DNA of 32,000 bases from Pseudomonas aeruginosa (GTDB lineage Bacteria; Pseudomonadota; Gammaproteobacteria; Pseudomonadales; Pseudomonadaceae): contig NZ_LN831024.1 in assembly GCF_001457615.1 (NCBI RefSeq), forward strand, positions 450,001-482,000. Reading direction: 5' to 3'. The notes below the pieces were generated by a model. It made no database searches and had not been told where the DNA came from. It saw only the letters and a program-made list of their open reading frames with translations. The position numbers and the translations under genes were made by a program. This document shows positions 19,063 through 29,820 of this stretch, piece by piece; within the stretch, counting starts at the first letter, position 1; every line of letters starts with the position of its first letter.

Positions 19063-20982
19063 TTAGCGGTTGCGGGTCAGCAGTGCGGGGCGCTCGCCCT
19101 TGCGCCGCGGTTCCAGCTCGTCGAGCTGCTCGGCGGTGGGGAAGCGATCCATGCGCACCAGGTCGCGCTTGTTGATCACCACCGGCTGGCGGCTCGGCTG
19201 CTTGCCGGTGCCGTACTCGGACGGCTCGCGCAGCGGCGCGTCGCTCATCCGCGAGGCATTCTCGCGACCCTGGCCGCGCGGCTTGCCGGCGCGCGGTTTC
19301 TTCGCCTTGCCCTGGCCGGCACCCTGACCGCGAGCGCCGCCTTGAGCGGCGCCCTGGCTCTTGCCGCGAGCTTGGCCCTGGCCTTGGCCACGACCCTGCT
19401 GGCTGGTGCCGCCCTGGGGTTTCTGCTGGCCACCGCGGCGTCCGCGTCCCTTGTTTTCCTGGCCCTGGTAGGGGCTGACGTAGTCGGCGCGGTTGCCGAA
19501 ATTGTCGAAGTCGTCGTCGAGGAACTCTTCCGGATCGCGATTACCGTCGACTTCCGGCGGCCGATTGGGCTTGGCCGGACGCGCTTCGCGGCTCTGCCGC
19601 GGCTGCTGCGCTTGGCCGGCCTCGCGGTTTTCCTTGTTCTTGCCTCCGCGACGGCGGCGCTTTCCAGCCGGCTTCTCGGTACCGTCCTGGGCCGCAGCGA
19701 CATTGCTGTCGGGGTTGCTCGCCTGGGCGTCTTTCGGCTTGCGCTCGCGGCTGCTGCGCCGTTCCTTGTCGCGGCGCGGCTGCTTCTGCGGCGCTTCGCG
19801 GGGCTCCGGCTGGGCCACCTCGGGCAGCACGGCCTCGGGGTCGAAACCCTGGGCATCGCCATCGGGAATACGCTGTCTGGTCATCTTCTCGATGGCCTTG
19901 AGCAGCTTCTCTTCGTCCGGCGCCACCAGCGAGATCGCCTCGCCGCTGCGTCCGGCTCGGCCGGTACGGCCGATGCGGTGGACATAGTCTTCCTCGACGT
20001 TGGGCAGCTCGTAGTTGACCACATGGGGCAACTGGTCGATATCCAGGCCGCGGGCGGCGATGTCGGTCGCCACCAGGATACGCACGTCGTTGGCCTTGAA
20101 GTCGGCCAGCGCCTTGGTCCGCGCGTTCTGGCTCTTGTTGCCATGGATCGCGGCGGCCGGCAGGCCGTGCTTGGTCAGGTACTCGGCGAGACGGTTGGCG
20201 CCGTGCTTGGTACGGGTGAAGACCAGCACCTGTTCCCAGGCGCCGACGGTTACCAGGTGCGCCAGCAGGGCGCGCTTCTGCGGCGCCGGCAGGCGGAACA
20301 CGCGTTGCTCGATGCGCTCGACCGTGGTGTTCGGCGGCGTTACCTCGATGCGTTCCGGGTTGTGCAGGAGCTTGTTGGCGAGGTCGACGATGTCTTTCGA
20401 GAAGGTTGCCGAGAACAGCAGGTTCTGGCGCTTGGGCGGCAGCTTGGCGAGAACCTTCTTCACATCGTGGATGAAGCCCATGTCGAGCATGCGGTCGGCT
20501 TCGTCGAGGACGAGGATTTCCACGTGGGACAGGTCGACCTTGTTCTGCCCGGCCAGGTCGAGCAGGCGGCCGGGGCAGGCGACGAGTACGTCGACGCCCT
20601 TGGCCAGGGCCTGGATCTGCGGGTTCATGCCAACCCCGCCGAAGATGCAGGTGCTGTTCAGCGGCAGGTCGCGGGCGTAGACCTTGAAGCTGTCATGCAC
20701 CTGGGCGGCCAGCTCACGGGTCGGGGTCAGTACCAGCACGCGCGCCTGGCGCGGGCCGTGGCGGTGTTCGCGGTCGGGATGACCGGCGGGGAACAGGCGC
20801 TCCAGTACCGGCAGGGCGAAACCACCGGTCTTGCCGGTGCCGGTCTGTGCCGCAACCATCAGGTCGCGACCTTGCAACACGGCGGGAATCGCCCGCTGTT
20901 GCACGGGAGTGGGCTGGCTGTAGCCCGCAGCCTCCACAGCGCGGGCAAGCGCCTCGGAGAGTCCGAGGGAAGAAAAGGACAT
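19063..20982 (-). CDS. rhlE2: DEAD-box ATP-dependent RNA helicase, RhlE type, with a long basic/low-complexity C-terminal extension (RhlE2, PA0428 equivalent)
   Basis: 639 aa; Q motif and [47 protein letters not shown] helicase motifs; C-terminus rich in K/R/G/Q. Gene name comes from recalled knowledge. Confidence 0.92.
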   Translation of the reverse strand: MSFSSLGLSEALARAVEAAGYSQPTPVQQRAIPAVLQGRDLMVAAQTGTGKTGGFALPVLERLFPAGHPDREHRHGPRQARVLVLTPTRELAAQVHDSFKVYARDLPLNSTCIFGGVGMNPQIQALAKGVDVLVACPGRLLDLAGQNKVDLSHVEILVLDEADRMLDMGFIHDVKKVLAKLPPKRQNLLFSATFSKDIVDLANKLLHNPERIEVTPPNTTVERIEQRVFRLPAPQKRALLAHLVTVGAWEQVLVFTRTKHGANRLAEYLTKHGLPAAAIHGNKSQNARTKALADFKANDVRILVATDIAARGLDIDQLPHVVNYELPNVEEDYVHRIGRTGRAGRSGEAISLVAPDEEKLLKAIEKMTRQRIPDGDAQGFDPEAVLPEVAQPEPREAPQKQPRRDKERRSSRERKPKDAQASNPDSNVAAAQDGTEKPAGKRRRRGGKNKENREAGQAQQPRQSREARPAKPNRPPEVDGNRDPEEFLDDDFDNFGNRADYVSPYQGQENKGRGRRGGQQKPQGGTSQQGRGQGQGQARGKSQGAAQGGARGQGAGQGKAKKPRAGKPRGQGRENASRMSDAPLREPSEYGTGKQPSRQPVVINKRDLVRMDRFPTAEQLDELEPRRKGERPALLTRNR

Positions 20983-21230
20983 GCGGGTTTTCCTATATGG
21001 GCCGGGGCGAGGCCGGCTGCTGTGAAATCACCAAGTTCTGCGAACTCCTGTCTACCTTCGGGCCCTGTCGGCCAGGGCGGAAGGTCTGGCCGCGGCGCTG
21101 CGTATGCGCTCGGTGGCCGGTGTCGAACGGGTGCCCTCGCGGGCATGGCCGCGCACCTGGTCGGGGCGCTGGCCGGTTCGCTCCCGGCCCTGGGTGGGGG
21201 GGCCGGGGCAGCGTCAACGGAGGGCTGCGG

Positions 21231-22301
21231 TCAGAGCAGGTCACGCTGGCGCAAATGCTGGCGGATCTCGTTGGCCCGGGAGCCAAGGAGGTTGCGCAGC
21301 AAACTGTGATTCAGCCAATCCTCGATTTGTTCCGCAATCGGTTCCTGCGGATAGCGTTCGATGGCATTGGTCGCGGCTTTCTCCCACCAGACGGGGCCGC
21401 AGGCCCGGTCGAACTCGTTACTGTATTCGTGGCAACCGTAGAGCAGTTCGATACTGAACTGGCGCATCGGAGCCGGCAACGGCAGGGTTCCCAGCTTGTA
21501 CAGCAGACGCTTGGCACGCGGTGGGCGTGGCAGTCGATCGGTCACCTTGAGGGTGTCGTCGAGGGCTGCAGCGCTGAGAAGGGAGGAACCGTGCTTGCAC
21601 AACCAGGCCTGGATCTTCGCGCGGAACAGCTGTTTCCGGCTCCAGTAATGGTGGATCAGGTCGGTACAACCCACCAGCTCCAGCCGCTTGTGGGCGGCGA
21701 CGGCCAGGACGAATTCCTCAAGAGTATAGGCACCGTTGGCAATTGGATAGAGTTCATCCATTAATTCCAACGAACGGTCGAGTATTTTCGCCTCTTCCCG
21801 AGGCAGGCCGATGACGCCGGAGTTGAGCTGGTGCATCTCGTCGTCGGCCCAGCCGCGCTCGAACAGGTAGGGCGAGAGGTCGCGGTAGAGCGGGAAGTTA
21901 CGGTGTTCGCCATAGCGCGCGCCGATCGCGTTGCACAGCAGGCTGCCGGGCTGGATGCGGTCGAACAGGCGCAGGGGCGAACTGTGGAAGAAGGTATCGG
22001 TGTCGATCAGCAATGCCTGGTCGGCGTCTTCCAGGGCGTCGCGCAGGGCCACGTGCTTGGCGCGGAAGTGATAGCCGTGCGGTTGGCACCAGGCGACCAG
22101 CTCCTCGGCCGTCACTTCGCGGACCTGCACCGGCAGGCCGGCGTAGGGACTGGGGTCGTCGGTATAAACCCTGACCGTCAGGCCATGCGCCGCCCCGTCG
22201 CGGAGGTGGGCGAAGGCGCTGGCGATGCTGAACAGGGCTTCCTGGTGGTAGGTCTGTCGCCCGTAGACCAGGTAGATCAGATGCTTGCGTGAGTTGGCCA
22301 T
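21231..22301 (-). CDS. Conserved protein, glycosyltransferase-like (GT-A-type features)
   Basis: 356 aa; ADQALLIDTDTFFHSSP has a DxD-like motif and MHQLNSGVIGLPREEA resembles GT8-like acceptor-region sequence. Confidence 0.75.
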   Translation of the reverse strand: MANSRKHLIYLVYGRQTYHQEALFSIASAFAHLRDGAAHGLTVRVYTDDPSPYAGLPVQVREVTAEELVAWCQPHGYHFRAKHVALRDALEDADQALLIDTDTFFHSSPLRLFDRIQPGSLLCNAIGARYGEHRNFPLYRDLSPYLFERGWADDEMHQLNSGVIGLPREEAKILDRSLELMDELYPIANGAYTLEEFVLAVAAHKRLELVGCTDLIHHYWSRKQLFRAKIQAWLCKHGSSLLSAAALDDTLKVTDRLPRPPRAKRLLYKLGTLPLPAPMRQFSIELLYGCHEYSNEFDRACGPVWWEKAATNAIERYPQEPIAEQIEDWLNHSLLRNLLGSRANEIRQHLRQRDLL

Positions 22302-22370
22302 GTCTGTCGTGGATCGCGTGAGAGGCTTCCCTGCCGGTATACGCTGCCGGGCCGAACCGCGTGGGCGGTA

Positions 22371-23219
22371 TCAGCGTGGCAGCTGGAGATTCTTCCAGAT
22401 CGCCAGGCTCGGATCGGCCTGGTTCAAAGTATAGAAATGCAGTCCCGGTGCGCCGCCCTCCAGCAGGCGTTCGCACATCTCGCTGATGACCTGCTCGCCG
22501 AAGGCCTGGATGCTGCGGCTGTCGTCGCCGTAGGCTTCCAGTTGCTTGCGGATCCAGCGCGGCAGTTCGGCGCCGCAGGCGTCGGAGAAGCGCGCCAGCT
22601 TGGAGTAGTTGGTGATCGGCATGATGCCGGGGACCACCGGGATGTCCACGCCGAGCTTGGCGACCCGCTCGACGAAGTAGAAATAGGCATCGGCGTTGAA
22701 GAAGTACTGGGTGATGGCGCTGCTGGCGCCGGCCTTCACCTTGCGCACGAAGTTCGCCAGGTCATCCTCGAAGCTGCGCGCCTGGGGGTGGACTTCCGGA
22801 TAGGCGGCGACCTCGATGTGGAAGTGGTCGCCGGTCTCGGTGCGGATGAAGTCCACCAGTTCGTTGGCGTAGCGCAGTTCGCCGCTGGCCATGCCCATGC
22901 CCGACGGCAGGTCGCCGCGCAGGGCGACGATGCGGCGGATGCCGGCCTCGCGGTAGCGGCCGAGCAGTTCGCGCAACTCGGCTTTCGAGTCGCCGACACA
23001 GGACAGGTGCGGCGCGGTCGGCACCTTCACCTCGCCGTCCAGTTGCAGCACGGTACTCAACGTGCGGTCGCGGGTGGATCCGCCGGCGCCGTAGGTGCAG
23101 GAGAAGAAGTCGGGCTTGTAGCCCGCCAGGTTGCGGGCGGTGGCCAACAGCTTTTCATGGCCGGCCTCGGTTTTCGCCGGGAAGAACTCGAAGCTGAAAC
23201 GGCGTTCGCTCTGACTCAT
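22371..23219 (-). CDS. metF: 5,10-methylenetetrahydrofolate reductase
   Basis: 282 aa from MSQSERRFSFEFFPAKTEAGHEKL, SD AAGGAA 6 nt upstream. Canonical MetF motifs (FSFEFFP, VTYGAGGSTR-like SCTYGAGGSTRDRT, ALRGD). Confidence 0.97.
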   Translation of the reverse strand: MSQSERRFSFEFFPAKTEAGHEKLLATARNLAGYKPDFFSCTYGAGGSTRDRTLSTVLQLDGEVKVPTAPHLSCVGDSKAELRELLGRYREAGIRRIVALRGDLPSGMGMASGELRYANELVDFIRTETGDHFHIEVAAYPEVHPQARSFEDDLANFVRKVKAGASSAITQYFFNADAYFYFVERVAKLGVDIPVVPGIMPITNYSKLARFSDACGAELPRWIRKQLEAYGDDSRSIQAFGEQVISEMCERLLEGGAPGLHFYTLNQADPSLAIWKNLQLPR

Positions 23220-23285
23220 GATCGGTTCCTTGGACGCGACCACGGCCGCGCCTCTTCTTGTTGATTCCGACTAGCGCCGGGTACT

Positions 23286-23840
23286 TCAGTAGTACTGGCG
23301 GTAGTGCTCGATTTTTTCCCGCAGGCGTCGGGCCGTCGCGGCGTGGGCATGGCCGAGGCGAGCGAGGATCAGCTGCGACTCCTGGTGGTAGTTCGCGATC
23401 TTGTCCTGGTTCCAGGTCTGCGGCGGTGGCTGCAGGTTGGTGATGCGGTCGCACAGCTTGACCAGGGCGTACTGCGCCGGGCCCTCGGCAAGCGCCTGGA
23501 GATAGTCGTCGAGGGAACGCTTGGGGCCGTCGCCGACGCGCTTGCTCAGGGCCTGCACGCCGGCACAGACGAACTCGCCGAACTGTTGCCGCAGCTCCTC
23601 GGGTGAGGTCGCCGTGTCTTCCAGGGTGTCGTGCAGGACCGCGATCTGCAGGGTTTCCCCGAGCCGTTCGATGGCACCGTCGCGATCGGCGGCCAGCAGC
23701 TCGTTGGCGACCATGCCCAGGTGCACCAGATAAGGCAGCGGCGAGCCGCTGAGGGCCTGGTTGCGGTGGGCGCGGGCGGCGAACAGCCAGGCCTGGTTGT
23801 AGCGATCGGCGAGGTGCGTGGACATCGTGGGAGCGCTCAT
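23286..23840 (-). CDS. Small HD-domain protein resembling the stand-alone (p)ppGpp hydrolase (SpoT/Mesh1) fold
   Basis: 184 aa; LPYLVHLGMVANEL...IAVLHDTLEDTATSPEELRQQFG...VKLCDRITNL matches the H..HD..ED..K..DR..N arrangement of RelA/SpoT HD hydrolases; no synthetase domain. Confidence 0.85.
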   Translation of the reverse strand: MSAPTMSTHLADRYNQAWLFAARAHRNQALSGSPLPYLVHLGMVANELLAADRDGAIERLGETLQIAVLHDTLEDTATSPEELRQQFGEFVCAGVQALSKRVGDGPKRSLDDYLQALAEGPAQYALVKLCDRITNLQPPPQTWNQDKIANYHQESQLILARLGHAHAATARRLREKIEHYRQYY

Positions 23841-23880
23841 GCGAACGGGGCAGGCGCATGGCGCCTGCCCCGTGGTCCGC

Positions 23881-25420
<1,540 letters not shown>

Positions 25421-25455
25421 GGCGGGAGCGACCCGAAGGGCCGCCTGAGCGGGCG

Positions 25456-25484
25456 ATTATAGCGGCGCCACATGAAACTCCCAA
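25456..25484 (-). promoter_or_regulatory. Probable sigma-70 promoter for the SAH riboswitch/sahH transcript
   Basis: Minus strand TATAAT (25456-25461) and TTGGGA (25479-25484) with 17-bp spacer, just upstream of the riboswitch. Confidence 0.7.
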
Positions 25485-25596
25485 GTCACCCCTGATACGC
25501 CGCTCGTCGCCGTGCGTCGTGTCCTCGGGCTGCGGCGATGCACCGCAGCGCAGAAGCGCGGGGAATTTGCGGGTCAGGATGCTAGAGTGCGCGGTC

Positions 25597-26013
25597 ATGA
25601 GAATCGCTCCCAACTCCCGCTCGCCGCTGCTGCAGTGGCTGAGCTTCGCCCTCTGTGCCTGCGTGCTGGTCAACGCGCTGGCTTGCGGCGTCCTGCACCT
25701 GCAGGCGCTGGGAGTGGGCAGCGACAAGGGGCAGAAGGCCAGCGTCGGGCTGTTCTGCGTCGCCGGTGCCAGCCAATGGCTATCCCTGGATCCCGACGAC
25801 GGGTCCGCCGGCGATCCGGTACCGGTCAATCCCCAGTTGCCGATGAGCTGCCCGATGTGCAGCGCCCTGGTGCTGTTCGTCGCGCTCGGGGTGATCTGGT
25901 CCTGGCGCTTGCAACGGCGACGCCAGGCGCGTTTCCGCCCGCCCGCCACGCGCGAGCCGGTGCCGCCCCGATACGTCTGGCCGCCGGCCAACCCGCGCGC
26001 TTCCCCCGCCTGA
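25597..26013 (+). CDS. Small DUF2946-like protein (putative exported/membrane)
   Basis: 138 aa from MRIAPNSRSPLLQWLSFALCACVLVNALACGVLH; CxxC-type segment LPMSCPMCSALVLFVALG; adjacent to a TonB receptor gene. Confidence 0.7.
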   Translation: MRIAPNSRSPLLQWLSFALCACVLVNALACGVLHLQALGVGSDKGQKASVGLFCVAGASQWLSLDPDDGSAGDPVPVNPQLPMSCPMCSALVLFVALGVIWSWRLQRRRQARFRPPATREPVPPRYVWPPANPRASPA

Positions 26014-26138
26014 TCCTGAACGCCCGCCGCGCCGGGCATTTGCATCCGTCGCCCGTCCTGCCTCGTCCGCGCAGCGCTCGCCGCTGTCCATCCGGACGAG
26101 GCGGGCGTGCCCACCATGCCTTGCTTCAGGATCGCTCG

Positions 26139-28331
26139 ATGAAAAAGCACTCCACGGCCCGCCGCGTCCTCGCGCTGGGTCTCAACCTCACCCTGGCCGG
26201 CGTTCCGGCCTTGCTCTGGGCCGATGAGGAACCCACCGAACTGCCCGCCCTCACCGTCAGCGCCGGCGCCGGCGGGGAAACCCCGCCGGCCCTCGATCTC
26301 GACGACAGCGCCGGCGGCGGCTCGCGCCTGGGCCTGAGCCTGCGCGAGACTCCCGGCTCGGTAAGCGTGGCCAACCGTGCCAGCTTCGAGCGGCGCGGCC
26401 TGCGCAGCACCCAGGACATCGCCAACAGCCTGCCCGGCGTGAACGCCTCGGCGCCGCCCGGCTTCGGCGGCTTCGTCACCTACCGCGGCTTCAGCTCGAA
26501 CCAGGTCAACCAGTTGTTCAACGGCATTCCGGTGCAATACAGCAGCGCCATGCGTCCGCTGGACGACTGGATCGTCGACCGCGTCGAGCTGGTCGGCGGT
26601 CCGTCCTCCTTCCTCAACGGCGCCGGTGCCGTCGGCGGCTCGCTGGACTACATCAGCAAGCTCGCCGACCGCTACGGCGATTTCATGGAAGGCCGGGTGC
26701 GCTATGGCAGCTACGACGATTCGGAAGTCGCCTTCGGCTTCAACCAGGCCCTGGGCATCGGCCCCGAGCCGAAGCACTTCGTGCGCCTGGACGTCAGCCG
26801 CAGCGGCGGCAACGGCTACGTCGACCGCAATTCGCGCGAATCGTGGAACGTCGCTTTCTCCCTGCTCAGCGACCTGACCCCGGACCTTTCCCACACCCTG
26901 GCCCTGGAGTACCAGGACGAGCAGGAAGACAGCCCCTACTGGGGCACGCCGGTGCTCAATCCCTACGCCGGCGAGCTGAAGATCGACAAGAGCCGTCGCC
27001 GCGAGAACTACAATGTCGCCGATGGCCGCTACGAACAGCGCGTGCGCTGGCTGCGCTCGATCCTCGAATACCGGGTCAGCGACAGCACGCGCTGGCGCAA
27101 CACCTTCTACCACTACGACGCCGAGCGCGATTACCGCAACCTCGAGACCTACCGCTACAACGCCGACAACAGCGGGGTGGTGCGCTCCAACGCATTCCTC
27201 CAGCGCCACGACCAGCAGCTCAACGGCAACCGCTTCGAGCTACAGCACAGCCAGCCGCTGTTCGGACTGGCCAGCGACTGGGCGCTGGGCTTCGACTACA
27301 GCATCAACAAGCAGACGCGCTTCCCGAGTACCGCCTCCGGGCCGTTCGGTACGGTCGATCCGGCCAGTTTCGAGCCGGGCCACTTCTACGACCTGCCGGG
27401 CATGCGTCCCGGCCACCGGAAGGACCGCAGCAACGAGGTGCGCACCAGCGCGTTGTTCGCCGAGAACCGCCTGGGCCTGACCGACGAGCTGTCGCTGGTC
27501 ACCGGGCTGCGCTACGACCACCTCGACCTCGACGTGCGCAACCATCGGACGGTGACCGCCAGCGATCCCGCACACTTCGAACGGCGCTGGGACGTGGTCA
27601 CCGGGCGCGCCGGGCTGGTCTACCAGTTCACCCCGCACGCCAACGTCTACCTGCAATACAGTACCGCCGCCGACCCGCCGGGCGGGGTGCTGACCAGCGC
27701 CAGCTTCGGTCAGGTCCGCGACTACGACCTGTCCACCGGCGACCAGTGGGAGCTGGGCAGCAAGTTCGATTTCCTCGACGGTCGCGGCAGCGCCACCCTG
27801 GCCGCCTACCGCATCGTCCGCCGGGACTTCTCGGTGGCCGACCCGAACAACCCCAACCTCAGCGTGCCGGTGGGCCAGCAGACCTCCAGGGGCATCGAGG
27901 CCGCCGCCTCCCTGCGGATCACCCCGAAGCTGCTGGCCGAGGGCAATTTCGCCTGGGTCGACGCGCAGTACGACGAGTTCACCGAGAACGTCGGCGGCGT
28001 CGCCGTCTCGCGTAAGGGCAAGACGCCGCCGAACGTGCCGGAGCGGGTCGGCAACCTGTGGCTGACCTACGACTTCGACCCGGCCTGGCAGGGCGGGGTG
28101 GACGCGCGCTACGTGTCCTCGGTGTACGCCAACAACGCCAACACCTGGCACGTGCCGTCCTACACGGTCTACGGGACTTTCCTCAGCTACCGGCTGGACG
28201 AGCGCACGCGGATCACCGGGCGCGTGCGCAACCTCACCGACGAGGTCTACGCGCGCTTCGTGCAGAGCACGCCGCTGTACTACGTCGGCGACCCGCGCAC
28301 CTTCGAGCTGAGCGTGCAGACGCGCTTCTGA
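26139..28331 (+). CDS. TonB-dependent outer-membrane receptor, siderophore/metal type
   Basis: 730 aa from MKKHSTARRVLALGLNLTLAGVPALLWADEEP; plug domain (SVANRASFERRGLRSTQDIANSLPGVNAS..., LNGAGAVGGSLDYISK) and C-terminal LTDEVYARF...FELSVQTRF. Confidence 0.94.
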   Translation: MKKHSTARRVLALGLNLTLAGVPALLWADEEPTELPALTVSAGAGGETPPALDLDDSAGGGSRLGLSLRETPGSVSVANRASFERRGLRSTQDIANSLPGVNASAPPGFGGFVTYRGFSSNQVNQLFNGIPVQYSSAMRPLDDWIVDRVELVGGPSSFLNGAGAVGGSLDYISKLADRYGDFMEGRVRYGSYDDSEVAFGFNQALGIGPEPKHFVRLDVSRSGGNGYVDRNSRESWNVAFSLLSDLTPDLSHTLALEYQDEQEDSPYWGTPVLNPYAGELKIDKSRRRENYNVADGRYEQRVRWLRSILEYRVSDSTRWRNTFYHYDAERDYRNLETYRYNADNSGVVRSNAFLQRHDQQLNGNRFELQHSQPLFGLASDWALGFDYSINKQTRFPSTASGPFGTVDPASFEPGHFYDLPGMRPGHRKDRSNEVRTSALFAENRLGLTDELSLVTGLRYDHLDLDVRNHRTVTASDPAHFERRWDVVTGRAGLVYQFTPHANVYLQYSTAADPPGGVLTSASFGQVRDYDLSTGDQWELGSKFDFLDGRGSATLAAYRIVRRDFSVADPNNPNLSVPVGQQTSRGIEAAASLRITPKLLAEGNFAWVDAQYDEFTENVGGVAVSRKGKTPPNVPERVGNLWLTYDFDPAWQGGVDARYVSSVYANNANTWHVPSYTVYGTFLSYRLDERTRITGRVRNLTDEVYARFVQSTPLYYVGDPRTFELSVQTRF

Positions 28332-28341
28332 GGAGTCGTCG

Positions 28342-29820
28342 ATGAAACGCTACCTGTACCTGTGGCACCGCTGGCTGGGCATCGGCTGCTGCCTGCTGAT
28401 GGTGCTCTGGTTCGTCTCCGGCATGGTCATGCTGTATGTCGGCTATCCCAAGCTGACTCCGCTGGAACGCCTGGCCCACCTGCCCGAGCTGGACGGCTGC
28501 GAGGCCTGCGTACCGCTGCGGACGGCCCTCGCCGGCAGCGATGGAAAGACCCCGCGGAGCATCCGGCTGGCCAGCGTAGGAGGCCTGCCGACCTACCTGC
28601 TGGACGATGCCGACGGACGCACGCGTGCGCTGGCGGCGCGCGACGGCCGACCGCTGGCGGTGGACGCGGACAGGGTGCTGGCTTCGGCCCGTGCTTTCAG
28701 CGGCGAAGTACCGATGCAGTTGCAAGGGCGGATCGAGGAAGACGCCTGGACCCATACCCGCAACCTCGATCCGCACCGGCCGCTATGGCGGGTGCAGACC
28801 GCGGACGAGCAGGGCCGGCTGCTCTACCTGTCCTCGCAGACCGGCGAGGTGGTACGCGACGCCAGCCGCCGGGAGCGCGCCTGGAACTGGCTCGGCGCCT
28901 GGCTGCACTGGCTCTATCCGCTGCGCGGCGGCGGGTTCGACGGGCAGTGGGCGAACCTGGTGATCGGCCTGTCGCTGCTGGCGACCCTGGCGACCGTCCT
29001 CGGCATCCTCGTCGGCCTGCTCCGCTGGCGCTTCCGCAAGCCCTACCGCAGCGGCTCGCGCTCGCCCTATGCGGGCGGTTTCCAGCGCTGGCACCACCTC
29101 GCCGGCCTGCTCTTCGGCGCGCTGGTGCTGAGCTGGATCTTCAGCGGGCTGATGTCGATGAATCCGTGGAACCTGTTCGGCCGCGGTACGCCGCTCGACC
29201 TCGCGGCCTACCAGGGCGGTAGCTGGGACCGGGCGCTGCCCGCCGGACTGGAGGCGGACGCTGTCCTGCGGCGCTTGCGTGCCGCCGGGTTGCGGGTGCG
29301 CGAGCTGGAGTGGCGGGCGCTCGACGGCGAGCCCTATGCGCTCGGGCGCAGCGCCAGCGGCAACAGCCTGCTGCTGACGGCGGATGGCGAAATCCTCCGC
29401 GAGCTACCCGCGGATCGCCTGCTGGCGGCGGCTCGCGCGCTGCTGCCGGGCGTGCCGATGCAGGCCGAACGGTTGGAACGCTACGACTTCTATTACTACC
29501 CGCGCGAAGAACACAGCATGATGGGCTACCTGGAGCGGCGCCTGCCGGTCTGGCGCCTGCGTTTCGACGATCCCCGGCATACCTGGGTGCACCTGGATCC
29601 CTACAGCGGCGCGGTGGTTGGCGTGCTCGACGACGGTCGGCGCGGCAGCCGCTGGCTGTTTTCCCTGTTGCATAGCTGGGACTGGCTGCCGCTGCTGACC
29701 CGGCGTCCGCTGTGGGACCTGTGGATGCTCGGTTTCAGCCTCGGCGGCCTGGTGGTCTGCGCCAGCGGCTGCTGGATCGGCTGGCGTCGCCTGCGCGGCC
29801 GCCGTCCGAAGCGTCGCTGA
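28342..29820 (+). CDS. PepSY-associated transmembrane protein
   Basis: 492 aa; N-terminal WHRWLGIGCCLLMVLWFVSGMVMLYVGYP, central RWHHLAGLLFGALVLSWIFSGLMSMNP and C-terminal LHSWDWLPLLTRRPLWDLWM are typical of PepSY-TM proteins; 10 bp after the TonB receptor gene. Confidence 0.88.
   Translation: MKRYLYLWHRWLGIGCCLLMVLWFVSGMVMLYVGYPKLTPLERLAHLPELDGCEACVPLRTALAGSDGKTPRSIRLASVGGLPTYLLDDADGRTRALAARDGRPLAVDADRVLASARAFSGEVPMQLQGRIEEDAWTHTRNLDPHRPLWRVQTADEQGRLLYLSSQTGEVVRDASRRERAWNWLGAWLHWLYPLRGGGFDGQWANLVIGLSLLATLATVLGILVGLLRWRFRKPYRSGSRSPYAGGFQRWHHLAGLLFGALVLSWIFSGLMSMNPWNLFGRGTPLDLAAYQGGSWDRALPAGLEADAVLRRLRAAGLRVRELEWRALDGEPYALGRSASGNSLLLTADGEILRELPADRLLAAARALLPGVPMQAERLERYDFYYYPREEHSMMGYLERRLPVWRLRFDDPRHTWVHLDPYSGAVVGVLDDGRRGSRWLFSLLHSWDWLPLLTRRPLWDLWMLGFSLGGLVVCASGCWIGWRRLRGRRPKRR

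Noticed and set aside
25512-26138. 209-codon upstream extension of the TonB receptor ORF
   Set aside because: It overlaps the DUF2946-like gene in another frame, and a clear signal peptide starts at 26139.
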